From contig JAIRTV010000244.1 in NCBI GenBank assembly GCA_031254675.1, positions 1 through 33,964 of the forward strand: DNA of 33,964 nt, given 5' to 3'. Made by a program: the position numbers and the translations under genes. The stretch comes from Planctomycetaceae bacterium (GTDB lineage: Bacteria; Planctomycetota; Planctomycetia; Pirellulales; Thermoguttaceae). The notes below the pieces were generated by a model. The model did no database searches. It had not been told where the DNA came from and worked only from the letters and a program-made list of their open reading frames with translations. Positions 15,887 to 25,979 of the stretch are shown in pieces; the stretch's first letter is position 1; each line of letters starts with the position of its first letter.

Positions 15887-18800
15887 TTATTCATTTTTTT
15901 TCGGCAAAACGGGAGTTGGCAATATTGGGGCAAGTTTGGGAGCGGGTTCATTGGGGTTCGACTTATTTTGAATCGGCGTTAGGTTTTCCATGTCAACCGC
16001 TTCCGGAAATTCAACAATCGCATCACCCGTGTACGGCTCTTTCGAAATAACATTATACGTTCCGATATCGCCATATAATTGTGTTACGTTGCTCAAACAC
16101 CAACTCATTCGCGCCGTCTCAATCTGTTTAATATATTCCATGTCGTCTTTATCACGCACAATTCGCGGCGTCAGAATCACCAACAACTCCGAACGACGAC
16201 ATTTATTGTATTCGTACTGAAACAACTTGCCAAGAACCGGAATATCCGCAAGAAGCGGCACACGACGACGAATCTCCTGATTTTCCTTTGAAATCAAACC
16301 ACCAAGAACAACTGTTTCATTGTTTGCCGCACTGATGACCGTCATTGTGAAAATTTTGTCAATTGCCGGCGACCGGATTTCCCGCCCATCCTCTACTCCT
16401 ACCGTAACCGCATCCACATTACTCATCTTCGATTTTTCCACCGCAACAAGCATAACCACATTGCCTTCGGGACTGATGGTCGGTTTGACCATCAACATCA
16501 AACCAATATTTTCGTCTTCAATATTGGGCGACGAGGAATAATTGTTCATTGTCATTCCTCGATAACGCGGTACGACTTGCCCAATACGAATCAATGCCTG
16601 TTGATTATTCATTGCCGTAATTTGCGGATGACTCAGAATTTCAATCCGGTTTGTCTCCCGCAACGCCCGAAGCATAATACTAACCGCATCACTATTCGCC
16701 GAAAAAACCAAACCACCAAATCCGGTTTCCGCTCCAACACGTCCTGTTGCGAAATTGGTCAATAGTTGCGAACCAACATTGCCCACCGTATTCAACGAAT
16801 CAGAATTAACACCGTTCGATAGAGATGTTGACGGACTTTCATTGAACAGCCAACCCGGAACAACCGAACCATTCGTGATTACCGGTTCTTCAATTGTTGT
16901 GGTGATTCCGTTTTCTGTTCGGGTGATTGTTCGTGTTCCTTGCGTGATGTTGCTGAAAGTGCTGCGGTTAAACAGAAGAGAATCCTGAATCCCAAATTCC
17001 GCTCCCAATTCGTCCGTGTCACCCAACGTTACCTCGCCAAGCAAAACTTGAATCATGACTTGCGGCGGCGATTTATCAATTTCCTTAATCAAATTGAGAA
17101 TTTCATCGTAATATCGCGGCGTTGCACTGACAATAAGCGAATTGCTTACATGTTCGGGAATCACAATGACTTCGCTTTCAATTTGTTGATAGGGACTGAT
17201 AACACCCGGAGCTTGTTGTTGAATTGTCCGTTTGCTCCGAATATATTCATTGATTGCCACCGCCACCGGCTCCGCCGTCATACTTTTGAGTTCATAGACG
17301 TATTGTTTTCGTGTTTGCTGATCTTCGCGGTCAAGACTCAACAACAAAGCTTCGATAATTTTCAGATCATTCGTTGCTCCGGCAGCAAGAATACAATTTG
17401 TCCGCGTATCCACAGCAAACCGAATCGGAACCAATGTTTCTTCGTCTGCTGCACCGGGGAGTTGGGGACCGACTTGACCTTCGAGTTGGGTTGGGATTAA
17501 CGACCGCAACGTGTTGACCATCGAATTGGCGTCGCCGTACAAAATTTGAAAGACTTTGACTTCTGCTGTTGCCGACGGCGAATCAAGCATGACAATCAGT
17601 TCTTCCATGAACGACATACAATGATCCGGCGCGGTAACAATGACGGTATTATTTCTGGCGTCCAACGAAATCCGAACATCCGCCATAATTCCCGATTCGA
17701 TGAGCCGTTTTCCTTTTTCGTCCTGAACCAGCAATTCCAACGCCGGTAATTTTTTATCGCTTGTTCCGGCGGTTCCTGACGCAATAGCGTTGTTCAATAC
17801 TTGTGCGAGATCGGGCGCCAAAGTGTGTCTGAGTTTGAACGGTTTAATCTGCAACTTCGGACCTGCCCCTGGAACATCCATTTCGGCGATAATCCGTTCG
17901 ATATCTTTCATATCATTCTGTCCCGCTTGAACAATAACCGCATTGGTTCGGGAATCCGCAAACATCTGAACACGTTGAGCGAACGCGGAATTTTGTACCG
18001 ACACCACCGGATACGTTCCACGCAACACCGTCAACGCATATTGCGCCGAAGCATGTTTCAACCGAAACACCTGAAGCAAACTGTTTTCCGACGCAACCGG
18101 TTTGTCCAACGTTTCGATCAAATCACGCATTGTTTCCATTGACCGCCCCCAACCAACTAAAAGCATCGCATTCGGGTTGATCATGGGAATAATCTTAACC
18201 GTTCCTTGTTTTGTGCGGAAAAGATCAACATAAACTTGCGAAATCACAAAATTCAAGGAAATACAATTGACATGTTTAAGATAATACACTTCGATTTGCG
18301 GTTCGGCAATTTTACTGAGTTCTTCAATTTGCCGGATCATGTCTGTAAAACGAGCAACTTCCGCACCGGTTGCGTCAATAACCAACACATCCAAATCAGG
18401 CAAAATCTGATAACGGAAATCGCTAACAACTTCCATTCCGGAGTTATTTTGTCCGTTTGTGGGGATTGCTTCGGTGTTGTTGGAGATTCCGCTGCTTCCA
18501 GCTCCGATCTCGCCGCCGCTCTCAAACTGATAGCCAACCAATTGCAACGCCGAATGGTTTTGTGTGTTGAGAGGTTGGGTTGTTTGCGATGGGGTTTGCA
18601 GCGGAGTCTGCGCGGGAATTGCCGGCGGAGGCAAACGATGCGTTTCGGTTTGGCGAAATTCCAATCGCGGATTGGGATCATTAGGCGACAACGGTACCGA
18701 TTCAAATGTATTCCCTTTCGTTTTCGGCTCCAACCGTTTCGGCGAACGGCATAACTCCATAATTTTGGCAAGCGATTCCGGTTTCACATTGGCAAGCGGC

Positions 18801-19735
18801 ACGAAACGACGTTCCCAACCGTGTTTGGGTTGCGGTTGGTCAATGGCGTTGATCAATTGAACAATCTGATCGCAAAGAGTTCGGTCGCCAACAATCAAAA
18901 AACGGTTGTTGTCCCGATCAATATCGAATGTACATTGCTTTCTCGAATGATTCCGCTCAACCGAAACCAACAACCGATTCGGACTCATTTCCGCAATTTT
19001 GGCTCCCAATAAAACTCGAACTGTTTGTTCGATTTGAGCCATTGAGACATTTGTTGGCGTGAACGAATCGCGTAAGGAATCATCGTGGCTGATTTGATTA
19101 TTGCTATTGAATTGATTGTGAAAGGGCGGTGTTGGTGGTGAATTTTGCGGTGGAGTTGGCGGCAACGCCAGCGGTAAAGTTTGCACCGAACCGGAATGAG
19201 GAGCCGGTGTTATCGGTGGTAAAGGAATGGGTGGTGTGTGCGTGTGATGGATTATTTCTGTTTCCGCCGAATGCGGTGGAGCGGACGGCATGGCAATTGG
19301 CGGGGATTGCGGCGGCGAAGGCGGCAACGATAAGGACGATTGGAAAACCGGAGCGGGTTGTGGTTCGATATAGACTAATGATTTTCCGTTATTTTTTGGT
19401 AGTAGAACGGCATATTGTTGAAGAATTTCGGGGATTTTCCGATGAACCGATTCTGTAGCGAGAACACAAACGCGATAGGTATTGGGTTCGAAATCCGGTT
19501 TGATGACGACGGAAAAACCGGTTTCTCTGGCGAATTGGTTTTGGAGATGTTTTTCGATTTCGTGAATTTGTTGACTTCGAACGCGATAGACGGTGGGTTC
19601 TGAATTTTGGGGTTGTGTTATGATTTTCGACGGTTCTGAGGCGGGTGGTTGTGCGAACACCGAAAGTTGCCCGAAAATCAGAACAAAACCGATAACGAGT
19701 TGAAAAATACGGAATTGACGAAATGAAATGGTCAT
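15887..19735 (-). CDS. Giant secretin (GspD/PilQ-type outer-membrane channel) with a Pro-rich N-terminal region
   Basis: The start is set at MTISFRQFRIFQLVIGFVLIFGQLSVFA (signal peptide); the 19837 track start is a TTG. At least five secretin N-domain-like repeats are present (IEVYYLKHV.., LQVFRLKHA.., IKPFKLRHT.., VKVFQILYG.., VYELKSMTA..). The C-terminal secretin signature is VVLGGLIS...RRVPLLADIPVLGKLFQ...ELLVILTPRIV. A P-rich tract (PPSPPQSPPIAMPSAPP...PPTPPQNSPPTPP) is encoded near 19050-19330. Confidence 0.88.
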   Translation of the reverse strand: MTISFRQFRIFQLVIGFVLIFGQLSVFAQPPASEPSKIITQPQNSEPTVYRVRSQQIHEIEKHLQNQFARETGFSVVIKPDFEPNTYRVCVLATESVHRKIPEILQQYAVLLPKNNGKSLVYIEPQPAPVFQSSLSLPPSPPQSPPIAMPSAPPHSAETEIIHHTHTPPIPLPPITPAPHSGSVQTLPLALPPTPPQNSPPTPPFHNQFNSNNQISHDDSLRDSFTPTNVSMAQIEQTVRVLLGAKIAEMSPNRLLVSVERNHSRKQCTFDIDRDNNRFLIVGDRTLCDQIVQLINAIDQPQPKHGWERRFVPLANVKPESLAKIMELCRSPKRLEPKTKGNTFESVPLSPNDPNPRLEFRQTETHRLPPPAIPAQTPLQTPSQTTQPLNTQNHSALQLVGYQFESGGEIGAGSSGISNNTEAIPTNGQNNSGMEVVSDFRYQILPDLDVLVIDATGAEVARFTDMIRQIEELSKIAEPQIEVYYLKHVNCISLNFVISQVYVDLFRTKQGTVKIIPMINPNAMLLVGWGRSMETMRDLIETLDKPVASENSLLQVFRLKHASAQYALTVLRGTYPVVSVQNSAFAQRVQMFADSRTNAVIVQAGQNDMKDIERIIAEMDVPGAGPKLQIKPFKLRHTLAPDLAQVLNNAIASGTAGTSDKKLPALELLVQDEKGKRLIESGIMADVRISLDARNNTVIVTAPDHCMSFMEELIVMLDSPSATAEVKVFQILYGDANSMVNTLRSLIPTQLEGQVGPQLPGAADEETLVPIRFAVDTRTNCILAAGATNDLKIIEALLLSLDREDQQTRKQYVYELKSMTAEPVAVAINEYIRSKRTIQQQAPGVISPYQQIESEVIVIPEHVSNSLIVSATPRYYDEILNLIKEIDKSPPQVMIQVLLGEVTLGDTDELGAEFGIQDSLLFNRSTFSNITQGTRTITRTENGITTTIEEPVITNGSVVPGWLFNESPSTSLSNGVNSDSLNTVGNVGSQLLTNFATGRVGAETGFGGLVFSANSDAVSIMLRALRETNRIEILSHPQITAMNNQQALIRIGQVVPRYRGMTMNNYSSSPNIEDENIGLMLMVKPTISPEGNVVMLVAVEKSKMSNVDAVTVGVEDGREIRSPAIDKIFTMTVISAANNETVVLGGLISKENQEIRRRVPLLADIPVLGKLFQYEYNKCRRSELLVILTPRIVRDKDDMEYIKQIETARMSWCLSNVTQLYGDIGTYNVISKEPYTGDAIVEFPEAVDMENLTPIQNKSNPNEPAPKLAPILPTPVLPKKNE

Positions 19736-19980
19736 TGTGCCGGTTCGTGAACTTCCAAGGGAATTACCGCCAACGCCGAAGCGCAGGAAAACATCGAACC
19801 GAATAGTAAGTATTTTCTTCAATCGAATCAAGAGCAATCGACGATGTTTTCGAGAAATTTTCCCAACATTTCTTTCGTGTTTTGGCGAAGACGGAATGCG
19901 GTAAACATGGTCGCGGCGAATCGGAATGGCTGATTATTGTTGAGCGACCTAAAGGGGGAAAGGAGTACGAATGGAATATT

Positions 19981-21489
19981 TCATCGATTCTTTTTCCCGA
20001 ATCCTTCGAGCAGCCAAGTCATTGAATTTCGGAATTGTTTAACGGTAACGGGCATTGTTAAGACGATTCGGTGATGTTGGGGTGTTACTGAATCCGCCCA
20101 ATCAGCTTGTCCGGGGTCGAGTAGTAAAATTGCTGCTACATCCCGCAATCCACGTCGTTGTGCAAAATCGTTGAACGCCCGAACCGCTCTCATTCCAAGT
20201 GATTGTGCATTGAAAATGATACATTGTGCTGCGAGGTCGTTTTCTTCAAACAATTTCATCATTTCATCCGGTTCGCGAACACAGAGTGTTTTGTAGCCGA
20301 GTTTCGCCATGAGATTTTCGAGTCCTTTCTGTATTTTTGGGTTGGCGTCGATAATCATGACGGTGGCGGTATCGATTTTTTGGATTCGCGATTCGCGGTC
20401 GCGTTGCAATGCTTGAATTCCGTCAAACCGCAATGATGCCGCGGTTTCGTCGGCATTGCCGGCGTCGAGTCGTTTGAGAACTCCGCGTAGATCGACCAAC
20501 ATTTCCGACGGGGTTTGGTAACGTTGATCCGCATTGACCATCAACGCTTTGTTAACGATAAACGAAAACGAACCCGGAATTCCTGATTCGATTTGTTGTA
20601 GTGGTTTTACGTTGAAGAAGCGGTTTCGGTCCATTCGTTTGGTTCGATCTTTTGTTTCGAGGAAGGGCGATTGTCCGCTTAGGAGTTGGTACAAAATGCA
20701 GCCGAGAAAATACAGATCGCTTCGTGTATCCATTTTTGGGGCGTTGGCTGCTTTTTCTAGGGCGATGTAATCGATTGATTGTTGATTTTTTAGGAAGGGG
20801 ATTTCTGCTCCGATTTTTTCTTGGGCGATTGATGCTAATCCGAAATCGACGATTTTGGCTTGTCCGCTGGAGGAGAGAAGAATGTTGCTTAATTTTAGGT
20901 CGCGGTGGGGTAATTTTTTGGTTCGCCAGGCGTATTCGAGACCGCTGCAAATATCGATTCCGATTTGTGCGACGGTTCGGGCTTCGACTTTTTTCCGTAT
21001 TTTGAGAAATTCGCGAAGAGTTTGTCCTTCGACGAATTCCATTGCCATGTAGTGGAGAAATCCGTGAGAGTCGGCGCCGTGGACGGGGACGATATTGGGG
21101 TGGATGAGTTCGGAGACGATTTTGGCTTCGGTCATAAAATGATTGATGAACGCTTCGTTATCGCTGAACCGAGCGCGTAATACTTTAACGGCAACAATTT
21201 CGCTGGTTTCGCGATGGACGGTGCGAAAGACGCGGGCGAATGTTCCGGCGCCAACGAGATAGAGGGCTTTGTAGGGACCGAAAAAGAACCCGAATGATTC
21301 GCCGCTGGTCAAACGGTCAACTTGATAATTTGTCAACAAACCACGTCGTAACGAGGTTTGTAAAAATTGTTCGGAGGTGGGTGATTTGAGACCAATTTCC
21401 GCCCAAATTTCGTTGATTTGTGGTTGTGTTAAGATGCCCACGTTGAGTGTGCGTTGAACGATGTCGTCAAGGGAATAATCGGAAGGCAT
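19981..21489 (-). CDS. Ser/Thr protein kinase with a C-terminal degenerate receiver-like domain
   Basis: Hanks kinase motifs: GAGTFARVF, VAVKVL, HPNIV, HRDLKLSNILL, KIVDFGLA and DLYFLGCILYQLL. The C-terminal roughly 120 aa (VMIIDANPKIQ...CIIFNAQSLG...ILLLDPG...LTMPVT) aligns by eye to CheY-like receivers. Confidence 0.9.
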   Translation of the reverse strand: MPSDYSLDDIVQRTLNVGILTQPQINEIWAEIGLKSPTSEQFLQTSLRRGLLTNYQVDRLTSGESFGFFFGPYKALYLVGAGTFARVFRTVHRETSEIVAVKVLRARFSDNEAFINHFMTEAKIVSELIHPNIVPVHGADSHGFLHYMAMEFVEGQTLREFLKIRKKVEARTVAQIGIDICSGLEYAWRTKKLPHRDLKLSNILLSSSGQAKIVDFGLASIAQEKIGAEIPFLKNQQSIDYIALEKAANAPKMDTRSDLYFLGCILYQLLSGQSPFLETKDRTKRMDRNRFFNVKPLQQIESGIPGSFSFIVNKALMVNADQRYQTPSEMLVDLRGVLKRLDAGNADETAASLRFDGIQALQRDRESRIQKIDTATVMIIDANPKIQKGLENLMAKLGYKTLCVREPDEMMKLFEENDLAAQCIIFNAQSLGMRAVRAFNDFAQRRGLRDVAAILLLDPGQADWADSVTPQHHRIVLTMPVTVKQFRNSMTWLLEGFGKKNR

Positions 21490-21633
21490 GGGGGCGACAA
21501 GAAAAAGAACGATAATGAAATAATACTCATTATTAATAACAAGGAAAAAAACAACATGATTATTATACTTATTTGTTGCTGCCTCTCAAGCGGAATTATT
21601 ACCATTTCGGCAATAATTCCGTTTGCGGCATTT

Positions 21634-21870
21634 CAACTATTTACTATTCACTACTAACTATTAACTACAAGGTGGGCGACCTTTCGCCGAAGGATTTTCA
21701 TCCGCGGTTGCGTCGGCGCCGACTAGTCCCTGTGTTGAGCCGGCAATTTGTGTTGCCGAGCGGTTTGGAGTTTGATTTCCTGCCGCACACTGCTTCGAGT
21801 CGGCTGTCGCCGACGTGATGTTTCGGCGAAACATCACCCACCTTTGAGACAACATCACCCACCTTCTACC
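21634..21870. repeat. Modular nested-palindrome intergenic repeat, copy D (largest, with heptad array)
   Basis: Five 7-bp units, CTATTTA CTATTCA CTACTAA CTATTAA CTACAAG (21637-21671). CCTTTCGCCGAAGG. GTCGGCGCCGAC (21712-21723). GGCAATTTGTGTTGCCGAGCGGTTTGGAGTTTGATTTCC (21742-21780). GTCGGC-TGTC-GCCGAC plus GTGATGTTTCGGCGAAACATCAC (21799-21837). CCTTTGAGACAACATCACCCACC. Confidence 0.85.
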
Positions 21871-21940
21871 TTGTTTTCAATAGACTTAAAGAAAAGGTCT
21901 ATTCAAAATCGGAGCAGAATCGTTCAGAACCGGCTCGGAA

Positions 21941-23203
21941 TCACATGCCTTTGCTCTTCCCAATTCCGAAGAAGCCGGAAATCATTCGGGCAACATCAAG
22001 AATAATCCACGCAGCAAGAATAGAAAAACAAATCATCGCCGGAACTCGATAACGAATCGAACTCACAAAAATAATATGCAACCCCGTAATATAAATTGCC
22101 GGAATCCAAAGCAACCGAATCGGAAAATCATAGAAGATTGACCGAACCACCCCAATCAAACCAAACACCAACACCGGACAATAACTACAAAAAATCACAA
22201 CCGATACAACAGAATTCGAAAGTGATTCCTCGTTCAATCGATAACTCCAAAGACGACGAAATTTTATTTTCGCAAGCTCCCACGCAAGATCAGGATGTTT
22301 CCACGCCCAACGAACCGCCACTTGACGCATCTTCCGGTTAAGACGGTATTCCAATGTGTGTTCGGCAATATCAGGAGAAAGTGCCAGTTCAGCATTGCGA
22401 AAATCTTCGACAAATTTCATGTCGCTCGCCCCTGTCGCTTGGGGGTTCAGACCATCGTAAAAACCCGAACCAACTTGCAATGTCGTCGAAACAAAATGAC
22501 CCGAAATAGAATAATTACGAATCCACCAAGGAACCAAACAAAAAATACAAACAACAAAAATAATCACACCAGATTGGAAAATCGGTTTGCAATGACGCGG
22601 TGAAAAAATAACACCAAGAATAACCGCAAACGGAATAAAATAAAGCCAACTAGGACGACAATAAATCGATATCGCCGCAAAAAAACCAGACAAAAAAAGA
22701 TCAAACCAACTCACCCGAGGGAATAATCGATACGCCTTGAGCCAATAGCCAAGTTGCAACACCAAAAAAAGACAAAACGGCGCCTCACTCAACACAAGAA
22801 CACTCATCATGATATTAACCGGATCAACCGCCGTTATCCAACCCGAAATCAACCCCAACTTAGAATCTTGGAATAAAACCCTCGACAACCAACCAACCGC
22901 TAAAACCGTTAACGAACCAATCACAATATTCTCAAAACGCGCCACCCGTATCGGAAGATCTTCTCCAAAAATACAAAATAACGGCGCCAAAATAACCGGA
23001 TAACCCGGCATTCGATGAATCGCCTGATCTCCATACGTGTACGACCGCCCCAACGCAATATTTTGCCCCAACTTCCAATAAGTATCGCTGTCACCAAAAT
23101 AGAAATGTTCCGCTCCCACTCGGTATTCCCAGTAACCCGCCGCAACAATCCGAAGCAATAACGCAACTACAAAAAGAAATAACCACGAACGATAATATTT
23201 CAT
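21941..23203 (-). CDS. Membrane glycosyltransferase, GT39/GT83 (PMT/ArnT)-like
   Basis: 420 aa, polytopic (more than 10 TM helices). The N-terminal loop, YFGDSDTYWKLGQNIALGRSY...HRMPGYPVILAP, is typical of dolichyl/undecaprenyl-phosphate-sugar dependent glycosyltransferases. Confidence 0.7.
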   Translation of the reverse strand: MKYYRSWLFLFVVALLLRIVAAGYWEYRVGAEHFYFGDSDTYWKLGQNIALGRSYTYGDQAIHRMPGYPVILAPLFCIFGEDLPIRVARFENIVIGSLTVLAVGWLSRVLFQDSKLGLISGWITAVDPVNIMMSVLVLSEAPFCLFLVLQLGYWLKAYRLFPRVSWFDLFLSGFFAAISIYCRPSWLYFIPFAVILGVIFSPRHCKPIFQSGVIIFVVCIFCLVPWWIRNYSISGHFVSTTLQVGSGFYDGLNPQATGASDMKFVEDFRNAELALSPDIAEHTLEYRLNRKMRQVAVRWAWKHPDLAWELAKIKFRRLWSYRLNEESLSNSVVSVVIFCSYCPVLVFGLIGVVRSIFYDFPIRLLWIPAIYITGLHIIFVSSIRYRVPAMICFSILAAWIILDVARMISGFFGIGKSKGM

Positions 23204-23284
23204 AAAAGTTTCAGGAATTTTGGAATACTGTTGCTTCGGTTGTTGTCAAGATTGTTCGTATGACGCAAAATGTTCAGGCAAGCA

Positions 23285-24844
23285 TCATTTCGCAACCTCA
23301 ACAAATCGCGTCTCGCGAATAACGGTAACTTTGATTTCGCCCGGAAATTGAACTCGTTCGGTTAAGGAATGGGCAATATTATGGCAAATCTGAGCAGCAA
23401 CTTCATCGGTAATTTGTTGGGCATTGAGCAATACTCGCATTTCTCGCCCCGCTTGAACCGCATAAGCTTGTTCCACTCCCGGAAATTCATTGGCAATCGC
23501 CTCCAATTCTTCCATCCGCCGAATATAATGCTCCAACGATTCCCGACGCGCCCCAGGTCGCGAAGCACTACACGCATCGGCTGCCGCAACAATAATCGTA
23601 TAAGGATAATCAATTTTCGCATCCTCATGATGTCCCAACGCCGCCTGAACAACCTCAACCGGCTCGCCGTAACGCTTCAACAAATCCGCGCCAATCTTAG
23701 GATGTCCGCCTTCCGTCTCGTGATCAACCGCCTTGCCAATATCATGCAACAAACCACAACGCCGCGCCAATTTTTCATTGAGACCCAGTTCGACCGCAAT
23801 CAACCCCGAAAGGAATGCAACCTCAACCGCATGACGAAGAACATTTTGGCTGTAACTCGTTCGGAAATGCAAACGACCAAGAAGATTAACTGTTCGTTCA
23901 TTCAACCCAAAAATCTCAACCTCTTGGATCGCGTCTTGTCCGGCTTTTTGAATGAACATTTGAATTTCGTGGTTGGTTTCGCTGACAATTTCTTCGATTC
24001 GCGAGGGGTGAATCCGTCCGTCGGCGATTAACCGGTTCAACGCCAAACGAGCAACTTCACGCCTAATAGGATCGAATCCACTAACAATGACAACACCAGG
24101 CGTATCATCAATAATCATATCTACGCCGGTTGCTTTCTCGAAGGCTCGGATATTCCGTCCTTCCCGTCCGATGATTCGTCCTTTCATGTCGTCGTTTGGA
24201 ATATCAACCGTGCATGTTGTGGATTCGGCGGTGTGCGGTGCGGCGTAACGTTGCATCGCTCCCAACAAAATATTACGAGTTAAGATTTCACAACGTTCTT
24301 TTTGTTGTTTTTCGTAGCGGAGAATAAAAGAACCAGTTTCTTCACAAAGCTCTTTTTCGAGCTGTTGGAGTAATTTTTCAGTGGCTTCTTCGCGATTGAG
24401 ACCGGAAAATTCGTGGAGTGTTAATCGTTCTTTTTCGATCAATTTGGCAAGTTCTTCGTTACGGCGGTTGGTGTCGGCAATTCGTTCGGCTAACTTGCGC
24501 TGTGTGTTTTCAACAAGTTTCTCTAATTTTCGTTGGTCGTTGGCTTGTTTATCAAGAGTATCCTGGCGTTTATCGAGAATACGTTCTCGATTATGAAGTT
24601 CCTGGCGAATTTTTCGAAATTCGTTTTCATTTTCTTCTTTGAGTTGAATTGCTTTTTCTTTAATCCGAAGTTCCGCTTCGCGAATCGTCGTTTCGGCGTC
24701 AATTTCGGCACGGTGCAAGATTTCTTTTGCCCGAATCGCCGCATCGGCTTGACGCCGAGCATCAACAAACCGAACACAAAGATAGGTCGCAATAATTGAA
24801 AATAATGACGCAACTATTGCCGTGATCCATTGTACTGTTTCCAT
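23285..24844 (-). CDS. rny: Ribonuclease Y
   Basis: N-terminal TM helix ([24 protein letters not shown]), a long coiled coil, a KH domain ([31 protein letters not shown]) and an HD domain ([12 protein letters not shown]...GHH). The start is moved to the Met preceding the TM helix. Confidence 0.92.
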   Translation of the reverse strand: METVQWITAIVASLFSIIATYLCVRFVDARRQADAAIRAKEILHRAEIDAETTIREAELRIKEKAIQLKEENENEFRKIRQELHNRERILDKRQDTLDKQANDQRKLEKLVENTQRKLAERIADTNRRNEELAKLIEKERLTLHEFSGLNREEATEKLLQQLEKELCEETGSFILRYEKQQKERCEILTRNILLGAMQRYAAPHTAESTTCTVDIPNDDMKGRIIGREGRNIRAFEKATGVDMIIDDTPGVVIVSGFDPIRREVARLALNRLIADGRIHPSRIEEIVSETNHEIQMFIQKAGQDAIQEVEIFGLNERTVNLLGRLHFRTSYSQNVLRHAVEVAFLSGLIAVELGLNEKLARRCGLLHDIGKAVDHETEGGHPKIGADLLKRYGEPVEVVQAALGHHEDAKIDYPYTIIVAAADACSASRPGARRESLEHYIRRMEELEAIANEFPGVEQAYAVQAGREMRVLLNAQQITDEVAAQICHNIAHSLTERVQFPGEIKVTVIRETRFVEVAK

Positions 24845-25650
24845 AGTGATTGCCTTTGAACAATCAGATTCGAATCGCGAACAAAGCAAACCAATCAAGC
24901 AAAACTGCAATCAAAAGAACTGGAAACATTGTGCAAACCGGAACAAAAAATCCCACCACACAAATTTTTATTGTCAATACGTTCCAACATACACAGACGC
25001 AACAACCAACACCACTCCGAAATAGAAATTTCGACCAACATGAAAAAATTCCAACAATTTCCCTGCCAATAGAGTAACTTTTTGCAAAGAAATTCAAGAA
25101 ATCGAAAACAAAATAAAACGGGTTGGAATAACGTCTTGAAAATCAAAAAAGCAAGGAACAAATTATCATTCGTCCGTTTTTTCAATATGGTTTGAGGGGT
25201 GATTTGAGGAGTTGAGAGTTTGTGCAACTTCTTTAGAACCACGACTGCCAAAAAGTGAAAAATTTCAGGAAAAAACATACGTTCGGATGAAGGGTTAAAT
25301 TCAATGTCCGGCTTGCTCAAAAACTAACGCAATGTCAATAACATGTTCTCAGCAATTTCGATAGTTGCTGAAAGGCAACGCTCTATCCGTAAGATTCTGC
25401 AAATCTTTTACGGTGATATGTTACTTAATCTTTCTCCAATTTTTTGCCGACATCGGCAAAACAAAAGATTGTTTCCATAATCATAAAGAATTTTTCAAAA
25501 CACTGCAACATGTTTTTATAAAAAAATTCTGTAGCTCCTGTGTTCAGATAAAATCAACTCCACAATAGACTTTTTCTCCAGCTTAACATTGACATGACAA
25601 AACATACACAATTTGGTACTGTCCTAAATTTAGTAACCGTTCACGTTATC

Positions 25651-25979
25651 TTATGTATGTGCGTGAGCGTTAATGCGATCTTTCAGAAATGGCATTATAT
25701 TTCTAGATTGTTGAGAGCAGGTTTGTAATATTGTCCAAAAGCGTTCCCAGAATTGATTTCCTTTTTCGCTTCTTGTTCCCTGCGTTATATGTCGATTCAA
25801 GACAACTCGGCGTCTTGTTTGTTCCGCTAAGTTGTTTATTGGTGGAATGCCCGTCTCAATAAATCGAAAATAATCTGTGCTTGCTCGGCATTAATACGCC
25901 TCAGTTCGGCATTTTCTCACTCCAATCGCAATACCTTCGATTCAATACTTTCAAGTAAAATTGTCACAACCGAATTAGA
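25651..25979 (-). mobile_element. IS66-family transposase relic (internally deleted, frameshifted, with an in-frame stop)
   Basis: Minus-strand translation of 25890-25654 gives ..FIETGIPPINNLAEQTRRRVVLNRHITQGTRSEKGNQFWERFWTILQTCSQQSRNIMPFLKDRINAHAHT*. This matches the C-terminal (T)NN.AEQ..R..V..R..TQGTRS..G...ERiWT.L.TC.QQ signature as I recall it from IS66-family transposases. Upstream, in another frame, is a coiled-coil-like piece (LESIESKVLRLE*ENAELRRINAEQAQIIF). No DDE core lies between them. Confidence 0.6.

Noticed and set aside
19484-19496. tRNA T-arm-like GGGTTCGAAATCC
   Set aside because: It is located inside the secretin CDS. No acceptor, D or anticodon stems could be drawn around it.
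24895-25568. ORFs 24895-25320 (minus) and 25365-25568 (plus) in the rny upstream gap
   Set aside because: They have no RBS, the translations are hydrophobic or low-complexity, and there is no family resemblance. I treat the region as non-coding leader or decayed DNA.
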